Assembly (NCBI GenBank): GCA_951406725.2
Contig: OX597816.1
Span: 118,978,001 to 119,042,000, forward strand
DNA from: Octopus vulgaris
Lineage: Eukaryota
Direction of reading: 5' to 3'
DNA length: 64,000 nucleotides
This document shows positions 53,358 to 64,000 of the stretch, in pieces (the stretch's first letter is position 1; every line of letters begins with the position of its first letter). The position numbers were made by a program, and so were the translations under genes. Under the pieces are notes generated by a model that had not been told where the DNA came from, did not search any database, and worked only from the letters and a program-made list of their open reading frames with translations.

Positions 53358-54119
53358 CACATATATATATGTATTGATATGTATACATATATATATATGT
53401 GTGTGTTTATTGTTCCGTTAAGGCAGTATCAACAAAAAAAGTACTCCATCTAGTGAGAGATAAATAACTTTTAATGTACACACCATTTAAAATAAGAGCT
53501 ACAAATAGTTTCTTGCCATAGAGACACTGAGATTAGACAGATTTATATAACGTGCTTTGTATCTCCAGCAACCTTCGGGCTCACGACACGTGGTTAGTTC
53601 TGTTTGAAAACCAGGACGTATCTACATGCGAAATCATGAGAAGGTTGAAGCAAAAACTGGAATGAGAAGGCAAAAGGTGAATAAAAACTGAAAAAGTAAG
53701 GAAAGAAGGGAAAAAAATTGTGAGTTATGTCTGCCTTAACCGTAGAAATCATAATGAATCTAGCTGGCGTAGAATAATTCAAAAGCCTGCGAGACAACTG
53801 TTCAATCCGGAGAGGGTGAGTCCGCCAGTTCGACAAAAGAAATTTGTCCATGTTCTAGCGTTTGCAGAAAAGTTTGGATCTGTAATTAAGTAAATAAGTT
53901 GCATCTGTTTGGTCCATGTGCGCGTGCGCATGTGTGTGTGTGTGTGTGTGTGTATCCGTCTATAGGGAGGAACATCTTTCGTATGTTTTGTTAAAATCAC
54001 GACAGTATTCGAATTTTTTGTTATTAGTTTTTTTTTCTTGCAGTTAGTTTGGAACAATAAAGTTTCGGAATCCATATTCAAGGTTTTCAGGCCTCGACAG
54101 TCACACTCTCAAGAAACGA

Positions 54120-55030
54120 AATAAGTTAGGCGTCCGTGTAGCTTTTTATATACTGGTTGAATTCTTATACACTTTTCCGGCAATTTTTCTTTTTTATCGT
54201 TAGAATTCTACGTTAGCAACAATATGTTTGTTCTGTTAGAGGCAAGTTTTTTTTATTGTTACAGCTCCGTGTTATTAACCAGTATTAATTTTTTGATGGA
54301 AGTTTTGTTCGCATGTTTATTTTGGAATTGTGTTGCGAAATGAATATGACTTCCGTGATTAAATTCTTAATTTTTGCCATAAATGTTATAGGGTATTTTT
54401 CAAATATAACTTTGTCTTGTGGTGCGTACTACAGTGTATTGCGATCGCTTTTGTTGTAAATGCATAGCATATGCACTAGAGAGCGTTGTATTACTATATT
54501 CAATGTAACAGTTGGAGTCTTGAAGTTTAACTTTTAGCTTTAAAATCAAATTTGTAGATTACATTGATTATCAGTAACTTGCTCTTGTCCTTGCACGTTT
54601 GTGGTGCGTTATTGATAAAGAGGTTTTAGTTTTAATGCTTTTGTAGTAAGTTTATGGTCGGGTGTAATGCGCGGTGTGTTCAGATCTACGAGGTTTTTTA
54701 TTATTCATTCATTTGTCCAATAGCTGTTATGCATTTAATCCATACCATAGATTTTGTGAGTATTTTTATTGGATGTATTTTCTGAGGTGTTTAGTGTATT
54801 ATATTTGTACTTGTATTCTTCTATACCTCGCTTTACTTCCCGGCTGGAATATCCATTGTTAATTAATGCTTGTTTTACTCCGTAGATTTCTTTCTGTAAT
54901 GCCTTGTTTGTGGACAAGAATTTAAATGCTCTTCATAGGAGTGGCTTTACCACTGACGTCTTATAGTTGTCTAGATGTTTACTGTCTTCATATAGATATA
55001 GTCATTATTTTAATTCTTTTGCGTATACCA
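54120..55030 (-). pseudogene. Second degenerate Penelope-like ORF fragment
   Basis: YKTSVVKPLL*RAFKFLSTNKALQKEIYGVKQALINNGYS matches the PLE post-RT motif (K.S.I....RA...S......E...I...L..NGY). Confidence 0.65.
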
Positions 55031-55221
55031 ACGTAATGTATCTGTTTTTTCAATTTGTATGTTTATTCTTCAAAATGTATCTGCTTTTAAACTACAATAC
55101 AGTCCGATATAAAGAAAAGCTATTTCCATATATTCGAATACATACATGTCTACAGACATACGTACATACATTTATACAAATTTACATCCATACATGCACA
55201 CTCACAGATACACCCACGTAC

Positions 55222-55306
<85 letters not shown>

Positions 55307-55307
55307 C

Positions 55308-55699
55308 AGCAGCAGCAGCAGCAGATGTAACGATTCTTTGGGACTTTGCAGTATATACAGACCGGACTATCAAAGCAAATAAACCAGATATTGTTGTGAA
55401 AAGCCAAAACAATAAAGTCTGTTTATTGATTGGTTAAGCAGTTGTGGTTGCTGAAACAGGTAGTAGTAGTACTAATAATTGTCAGAGCCCTGGAAACAGT
55501 GGGTAAAAATCTTGAGAAGTACATGGAACAAATAGGGGCTGTAATAAGAGTGGAGGATTGCAGAAAACAGCACTGCTTGGAACCACTCGAATACTCTGGA
55601 TGGTGCCTGAAAATGAAGGGGTATTACCTTAGTTCATTGTTAGTGAACAGCTGACATCGTAGTACATCTCCAGCGTTAGATGCTGTGCAAAGACAATAA

Positions 55700-55700
<1 letters not shown>
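55308..55700 (+). mobile_element. R4/Dong-like (RLE endonuclease) retroelement 3' fragment 1
   Basis: ILWDFAVYTDRTIKANKPDIVV...CLLI and IIVRALETV...QKTALLGTTRIL (with a frameshift); bounded by (TAA)n. Confidence 0.8.
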
Positions 55701-55767
<67 letters not shown>

Positions 55768-55993
55768 GGCATGATAAAAAAATATTCAGACAAATACATA
55801 ACAAAAACACCAGGACTTACAAACACATATAACATACAGAAAATTGCACTACTAGGCACTGCACACATCCTACGCAGAAGACTTTCCATACAATAACCAT
55901 CAGAGCATCACAACAAATCACAACACATACCCAAGGCACACAGAGCTGCGCTCGGTAGTGAAGTGAAAGCACGCTATAAAAATAAAACTACTG

Positions 55994-55996
<3 letters not shown>
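55768..55996 (+). mobile_element. R4/Dong-like 3' fragment 2
   Basis: GMIKKYSDKYITKTPGLTNTYNIQKIALLGTAHILRR plus 3' UTR; bounded by (TAA)n. Confidence 0.8.
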
Positions 55997-56046
<50 letters not shown>

Positions 56047-56051
56047 TAATG

Positions 56052-56124
<73 letters not shown>

Positions 56125-56189
56125 TAATAATCCTTTCTACTAAGGCACAAGGCCTGAAATTTGTGGGGCGGGGAGGGGACTAAATAATA

Positions 56190-56650
56190 ATATTCTCTTC
56201 AAACGGATAAGAAGCAAGAAAATAACAAACCAGCCATAACAATAACAGACAAGAAAAAACGAAGTTGTTTATTAATTTGTTCCATCATTTCCGCTTGATT
56301 CCAGAATTGTAAAGAAAGAAGATGAAAAATTAAAAGCACAATCCTTTAAAATTTGAAATTGCAAGAAGTTGGAGTACAGAAACCGTAAATATTGTGCCTG
56401 TAATAATTGGTGCATTGGAACCTATGAATGAAGATATAGACAAATGGTTGAAGGTGATTGGAATAGAATTCCCTGTAGAGCTTCGTCAGAAAGTTTGCTT
56501 TTCAGGAACAGGAAAGATTACCAGGATGGCTTTAAGCTCAAGAAAAACTATTAAAAGCTTGTGGATACCCAAGGTCACAGGTAATAACTTGCTACCTACA
56601 TAAATTCTACCAGAAATAACATACCTGAGTCAAATGAATAATGACAATAA
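56190..56650 (+). mobile_element. R4/Dong-like 3' fragment 3, diverged
   Basis: NNKPAITITDKKKRSCLLI...KEDEKL...EIARSW...VPVIIGALE...QKVCFSGTGKITR; ends in a TAA-like tract. Confidence 0.75.
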
Positions 56651-57829
56651 TAACCATCTATGCATCGTATTTAATGTTAATGCATCACTGAAAGACAAAT
56701 TTGCCACGATATTTACCCAGATATAACATCTTGTTTAAAAACACAATATAAATCGGAGAGAGATGAATCTCATCCTAGTAGCGGCCTTGTTGAGCTTTGC
56801 CACTTCTGTGTACTCACAGTGGACCACATGCTTACAGGAGCATTGTTGTCTCCTGAATATAGGTAAAGAGCGAAAAGTATTCTTTGGTATTGCGAATAGC
56901 CGCCCGGCTGAATAAAATCCGTTATATGAAATAGACAGTGTTAAATCAATTTTCCTGAGTCGTTTAAATCTGCTCCTTATCTATCATGTAGACCTATGTA
57001 TGTACACACGCACATAACGAGCCGTCCCTCACACATGACTCGTCACTACCTTTGTATACAAACGGACATACATACATAGATGTGTATGTATGTATATATC
57101 TATCTATCCCCACCTCTCTCTATCTAGGCATATATATATACGTATACATACATAAATACATACATACAAGCATATACATATACATACACACACATATGTG
57201 TGTGTGTGTGACTCCGTGTCTGTGTGCATATTAAATTGTATGTTGAATATAAATTCACATACACATATGTGTGTGTATATATATTTAATATATATTTATG
57301 TATGTTTAAGATATGTGTGTGTGTGTGTGTGCGCGCGCGCGCGCGTGTGTGTATGCATATATGTAATGACATATTGAAACTTTTTCTACGGATGGTGATA
57401 TTGATCACAATATCATTTTATTCTTCTGTAAATTTAGCCCTCTAAATCGACGACAGAAATGAGGATATCTCAAGAGTATATCGTATAAATAGTATTAATA
57501 AATCACTTATCGCACATAAAGCCCTACTGGAAATATTACTGAAATTAAATCTCTAATAAAAGTTTCACGCCTTTTTCAATGATTTAGGATATAACACAAG
57601 TGTAACTATCTGATCGTTTATGTTTACTCTGACTGAATATACTTCCTTCGCGTTTTAGCTGATGTCTCAGCAAGTGGCCTACATTCGAAAATAGAAGGAA
57701 GACTGAAGAGACCAATTATCTGAAGAACGCGTCGAAGCTATATTTATTTTATGTTCCTTTGCTTTCAATATGTGCGTATCTGTGTATTGCGTATTAATAT
57801 ATGCATATATCATAAAATAAATGCGTCCT

Positions 57830-58058
57830 TTTAAAGCCTAGCCAGGCTCATGGGCCCGGTTTCTATGGCGTATGTGTTCTCCAGCTGGACGGGACGCCAG
57901 TCCATCGCAGCGTTACTCATTTTTGCCAGCTGAGTGGACTGGAGCAACGTGAAATGAAGTGCTTTGCCCAAGAACACAACGCGTCGCCCGGTCCAGGAAT
58001 CGAAACCACAATCTTACGACTATGGTCCTGACACCCTAACCACTAAGTCACGCGCCTC

Positions 58059-58118
<60 letters not shown>

Positions 58119-58275
58119 TATACATGTAGACTGGCACTCCGTCGGTTACGACGACGAAGGTTCCAGCCGATCCGATCAACGGAACAGCCGGTTCGTGAAA
58201 TTAACGTGTATGTGGCTCCACAGGAAGATTCAGCGTGTCAGAGTGTGACAAGGCTACCCTTTGAAATACAGGTAC
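57830..58275 (-). mobile_element. SINE family C copies (57830-58040; fragment 58130-58275)
   Basis: GCCAGCTGAGTGGACTGGAGCAACGTGAAATGAAGTG...GGAATCGAA...CCCTAACCACTAAG; GATCAACGGAACAGC...GTGAAATTAACGTG. Confidence 0.85.
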
Positions 58276-58484
58276 TACTCATACGTTCCGGTTTGTGTCC
58301 GTGATCTGCTTGGATATATCTTTGGTATTATTAGACACATTTCGGGAAGGAAAATTTTACATGAAATGTTGACTGCAGCGGCTCAAGTAGATATATGTGG
58401 TGTTTGTACTCCTGCCAAAGCTAGGAAATATTCTTTTGTGTTAACATAAATCCTTCTGTGTACCAGTTCGTGATGTACTATTAG

Positions 58485-58559
<75 letters not shown>

Positions 58560-59124
58560 TAGATAAATGAAAGACAAGCTAACTCTAGTGGAAACAAATT
58601 CTCTGTAAAGAGTCCAACACCCACATGTACATAGAAATATGCATATATATATATATATATATATATACATAATACATATATATACACAATAAATATATAT
58701 ATATACATACACACACACACACACACACACGTATATATATACATATATATACATACACACACATACATCACACTGTTTCACAATCGCCTAGTCTATCGCT
58801 TGTTGTTATACACACATTGCGCTTCATCACACTGAATAATACCACCCACCCTCACTGGCTAGGCATGCAGGCCAACATTCGCCAGTCTGCCCAGGATTAC
58901 CTATTTAAAGCTGAGTCGACTGAGCAATGTGAAATGAAGTGTTTTGCTCAAGAATACAAAGCAACACCGATCTGGTAATAGAAACCAGCTTCTTGAGATC
59001 GAGAAACCGACACCTTCACCACCCGGCTACACGCCTTCGTATGTATGTGTGTGTGCGCGCGTGTATGTTATATATAATACACATACGCACACATATATAG
59101 ACGTAGATATAGATATAGATGTAT

Positions 59125-59282
<158 letters not shown>

Positions 59283-59377
59283 ACATATGTTCACATATAT
59301 GAATACATATGTACATATATATGTATCTCTTGCTCTCTCTCTCCTTCTATAAATATATATATATATATACGTATAAG

Positions 59378-59468
<91 letters not shown>

Positions 59469-59907
59469 ATGTTGCACTTCTATTATATCGACACTTTAAA
59501 GTTAAAAATTCTACATTGAAATTAAACCATTGACATAAAGAATTTAGTTTATTGTAATTAAATAAATAAATAAAAAATTAAATATAATGAATAAATATAA
59601 ATTCTGTTGACAAATGTCATATAATGACAGGGAATGTGAGTAGTTGGGAGTTACCGTTGTAGGTATTGATGTCGACAATCTAATTACTTACATTGTTATA
59701 TAGTGACAGGATGAATATGAACATACTAGACAATTCCAGAGATATTGTGTTGTTACTTCTATGACATCAATCCGTATGTCTGTCTCAACAATCTTTATCT
59801 ATTCATCTATTTTTGAAGCAATTCTTCCAGTCAACCAACCAGCCATCTAATTCTATCTATCCATCCCTCACACCATTCAATCATTCTTCCATCCGTACAT
59901 ACAAGTG

Positions 59908-59986
<79 letters not shown>

Positions 59987-59987
59987 G

Positions 59988-60114
<127 letters not shown>

Positions 60115-60291
60115 CATGAAAATGTTTGGTGACTGGTACGTAGTGTGTATGTGTGTGTATATTTGTAGTGTAATATATGGATTTACAGAATTGTGTGATT
60201 ATCACAAAAAGCTCCTCTGGCGGTCTCGGCTAACATACAGAGGATTATAATGCAGAATTCCATGCACCTGAAATCCAGGAGGTATGAGAGA

Positions 60292-60351
<60 letters not shown>

Positions 60352-61009
60352 ACTACTTCTCATCTTTAGGATTACAGCTGTTTCGCAGCCTTGTTCATAT
60401 AATAATTTCTGTGTATAATAAATTATGTTTAAATGTCTGTGCTAATATGCATGCCACATTATATAATGCAAATGTATATTCATAAATCCATGCATGTAAA
60501 GAAAGCAGCTCATCAGATCATCAAAATAACATGCTTACACCAATGCTTCAACCCTAAGTATACATACATTTTCTTTTTATGTATAAAGTGTATGGAAAAC
60601 CGTAACTAGATAAAATTCACTTTGTATGGTCAGTAAAAATAAAGATATCTTGTTTCATGCCAATTAAAGCACTGAGTCTAAGTTTAGGGAAATTGACTAT
60701 CCTTAATGTTAACAAAAGATAGGAAAAGATACGGAGAGGAATAAAAGTAGGTATAGCAAATATTAACAAAAAATATATGAAATAAGTAGTTTTAAAAAAT
60801 ATAATATTATAATAATATAAATAAATTCAATAGAGAAGAGACAGCCGAAGATAAAAAGATTTAACCAAGCGGTAGTATTTAACAACAGTAATTTTCAAAT
60901 AGGGTTAAAAGATTAAAAGACCCCACATAAAAGCCTATGGACCTTAATTTTAATTGCATTTTCTAACCACATCTCAAAGTACTTCCTATTTCAATCCAAA
61001 CGGGTTTGA

Positions 61010-61160
61010 ACATAAAACACGCAGAGTTCTTAGAATTTTGTTGCATCAACTTGCAAGTTGTTTTCTTCAACCCATTTATATATGGCTTCTAGATTTTTTT
61101 ATAGAAGATTAGCCTCGAGGGGATTCTTGACATCTTGTGCTACTTTTGTATAATTAGTAT
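61010..61160 (-). pseudogene. Short degenerate CR1-group RT fragment
   Basis: TKVAQDVKNPLEANLL*KNLEAIYKWVEENNLQVDATKF*EL resembles the segment after FADD in the 482-aa ORF. Confidence 0.55.
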
Positions 61161-61220
61161 AGCTAGTAAGAGTGGCTGCCTATATAACAGCATGTCTCAG
61201 AGAGCCATCACAATTATAAA

Positions 61221-61425
61221 GTTAATCCAAACATGAAAACACAAAGAGAAAACACAACAACGCGAGGACGTGGAACAAGTATAGTGTTATTGGACGCTCA
61301 GGAAAGGAGAGAAAGAAGGAGGATTTAACGTTTCGAGCGGAGCTCTTCGTCAGAAACATAGGAAAAGGAAAGATCCAAAGAAGGAAAGACAGAGGAAAAA
61401 AAATCGCCAACGATACACACGCGGG
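61221..61425 (-). mobile_element. Penelope-like terminal repeat
   Basis: Homologous to 9205-9350 and 11165-11345. Confidence 0.75.
61324..61356 (-). ncRNA. Minimal PLE-type hammerhead ribozyme (canonical core)
   Basis: TTT CTGACGA A GAGC TCC GCTC GAAACGTT AAA: CUGANGA and GAAA intact, 3-bp stem I, palindromic ACGU stem III. Confidence 0.75.
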
Positions 61426-63375
61426 AAAGAGCAAAACTGTTTGTAATATGTCGTATGCAGATTAAGTAAATTTTAAAACAAGACCTATTTCCTCAATAGA
61501 GAATGCTGTAGATTGCACGGTGATGCATATGTTCTCGGATTTCTGGAAACTCCAGATTTTTGGAAGCCGGATAAGAAGTATGTTACTGTGTAACAAAATA
61601 CTAGTAATTGAATTGCAGAATTAAATTATGCTGAAGAGAATTTTCTAAAAAATTCTCTACTGATTTTTATAGGCGACAACTTAATTTCTGATCTGAAACA
61701 ATAAAATAAAAAAAAAAAAGAAAGCCCAGGTTCAGTTTAAACTATTGACTTAAAGAATTTAGTTCATCGACATATTTGGTCAATGGGAAAGATTTACTGA
61801 AGATTTGAAATGGAACAGTCTCGAGAGTCTCGAAGTTAGCATTCTAAGTAGTGATGCCAGGAATCCAATTAGCAGCTTTGTTAAAATTTGGCAGATTATG
61901 CGTAAATATCCACCAAATTTATCTATATATTTATCTGTCTCTCTTTATCTCTTTCTCTTATTGTATACTCATGTGTGTGTTCATATACGACACATATACA
62001 TACATGTGTGGGTGTGTATATGTACATATATATATAGTCATACATACGCACACATACATACATATATACTCGTACATTTATATGTGTGAGTGTGTTTATG
62101 TGTCTATGCGTTCGTACGTGCGTGTATGTGCGCGCACACACGAATTCACTTAACCGAATGGTTATGAAATTCGCGTTGCAATCACGTGGCCGCGGTTTCG
62201 AGCCTATTGTGTGATATATTGGGTATTGTGTAAATGTTTTTTCTTTTTTCGTTTTTGATAGTCTTCAGATCGATCCATGTCTTGTTAGTAAAATTTGGAA
62301 AACGGTCGGATTGATGGTATATCTAATTCAAAAGTCCATCCTTGTCACTCAGAATATTACGCTGGAGAAAATGACTTTCGGAATTTGCATCTGAACAAAT
62401 ACCGCTGATGTAACAATTCACGAATGCACTGTAGTCGTTGTAATTTAGGAATAAAACTTGGGTTATGCATTCAAATAATTACAGATTCAGAATACATTTA
62501 GCTAATTCTTGCACCGTATTATGAATGCAAGAATAGCCGACCGGTTTAGAAGTTCGCTTCACCGTTATGTTGCTCTGGGTTCAATCTCATTGCGTGGTAT
62601 AGAAGCTGTGTCAAAGTCCGTTGGATATATTTTATCTGTAATTCAAAGGACCAGCCTTGTCACAGGTTTTGAATTGAGGAAGATTTGGCTGCTATCTCAC
62701 CTAGTAATTCGAGTGATCGCATTGAGGCTCCTTTATAGGATCTTGGAGCAAAGTAAACAGGATTCTAAACGACAGGAGAATTACATTAAATGTACGCGTT
62801 ATATTAATTCCTCAAATTGATTACTACTTATTTTATCGATCTAGATCGAAGGATAATTTACGTCGACTCTAGCAATATGAACTCAGGCATAAAGAGGCTT
62901 AATTAAAACACTGCAAGGCATTTCGTCTCCTGCTTTTTACTGTAACCTAATTAAATTTTTCGTTTGTGAGGTTCGATCTCTTCCAAGATCAATTGATTAA
63001 CAATTTTTAATTTTATTCAAGTAAAAGTTTCAGGCTTCTCTGACATTCACTGCCCACTTCTAAGGAGAAATAAAACGAAAAGGAACTCTTTTCCTTTAAA
63101 ACAAACATACACAACCTTTTCCGAGAAGTAAGCAGCATGACACATGGCTCGTCAAGATAATTTTTTGTTGGCGTGTTATTCAGAAAGTCCTGCGGTTTGC
63201 AGTTTGCTCATGACTGATTTAAAACCAAGTGGATACTTCATACTAATTTATTCTGTACTAATTTATGTTGGTTATCTCCTGAAATAAAGTCATCCGCACG
63301 TCGGCGAAATAACGCGGTAGTAGTCGTAGTAAGGAAATATAAATCTTTTACATTGTCTTACACAATATATCGTGA

Positions 63376-63698
63376 AGGCGCGTGTCTCAGTGGTTAGGAT
63401 ATTCGGCTTACGATTGTGAGGTCGTGAGTTCAATTCCCGGCAACGCGTTGTTTCCCTGAGCAAGACACTTTATTTCACGTTGCTTAAGTTCACTCACCTG
63501 GCAAAGATGAGTGGTACCTGTATTTCAAAGGGCCAGCTTTGTCACACTCTGTGTAGCACTGAATCTCCATGTGAACTACGTTTAGAGGTACACTTGTCTG
63601 TGGAGTGCTCTATCATATGCACGTTAATTTCACGAGCAGGCTGTTCCGTTGATCGGATCAACTGGAACTGTCATCGTCGTAAGCGACGGAGTGCCAGT
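63376..63698 (+). mobile_element. SINE family C, full length
   Basis: Homologous to 35627-35945. Confidence 0.88.
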
Positions 63699-63739
63699 TA
63701 CACAATATATCAAAGAAATCTCCATTAATAAATGCCATC

Positions 63740-64000
63740 TAACCGGTTACCCGACCTGCCCCTGACTAATACAACTCTTTCACGTCAGATGTCCCTATCT
63801 TCCATAGCAGTCTTCATATCCTCAACTTGATATTTAGTGTCTTCCACAAGTAGATCGATATAAATTTTTCTCGATCTGCCAATACCTGTTTGTCGATGCT
63901 TGGGTTTCCAGAGTAGAAGATCACTGGGTATTTCATTCAGAAAAAGTGTTTCTAAGAAGAACGTTTGATCCAAGATAGTCATGAATAGAGTCGAACACAC
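63740..64000 (-). mobile_element. RTE-type LINE ORF2 C-terminal fragment
   Basis: PSDLLLWKPKHRQTGIGRSRKIYIDLLVEDTK...MKTAMEDRDI matches the RTE C-terminal motif (L.W.P..G.R..GRP...Y.D.L..D......L...M.DR..W). Confidence 0.75.

Noticed and set aside
57697-57745. CTGAAGA GAC...GTC GAAGCTATA hammerhead-like string
   Set aside because: GAAA is mutated and there is no NUH or stem I closure; at most a decayed PLE motif.
60365-60402. Minus-strand GCGAAACAGCTGTA palindromic stem III
   Set aside because: No recognisable CUGANGA or stem II upstream.

Overview
Gene-poor, AT-rich animal genomic DNA, most likely from a coleoid cephalopod (Octopus-like). That assignment is inferred from the SINE repertoire, extreme microsatellite load and TTAGGG-type repeats. 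No host protein-coding gene could be supported; nearly all ORFs in the track are microsatellite translations. The window is a mosaic of three tRNA-type SINE families, CR1-group LINE fragments (one with an open RT frame), Penelope-like (PLE) relics with minimal hammerheads, R4/Dong-like fragments in (TAA)n, an RTE tail, mariner, hAT and Helitron relics, and several fold-backs. The stand-out is at 36285-37155. It is a non-coding 358-nt unit carrying a full type I hammerhead ribozyme (Schistosoma-like loop II, dimer-type stem III, U3 core variant). It is present as two longer-than-unit arms joined head-to-head inside a (TA)n tract. This is a candidate cephalopod retrozyme copied from a circular or multimeric RNA. 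A second, broken hammerhead of similar architecture lies at about 28.8 kb.
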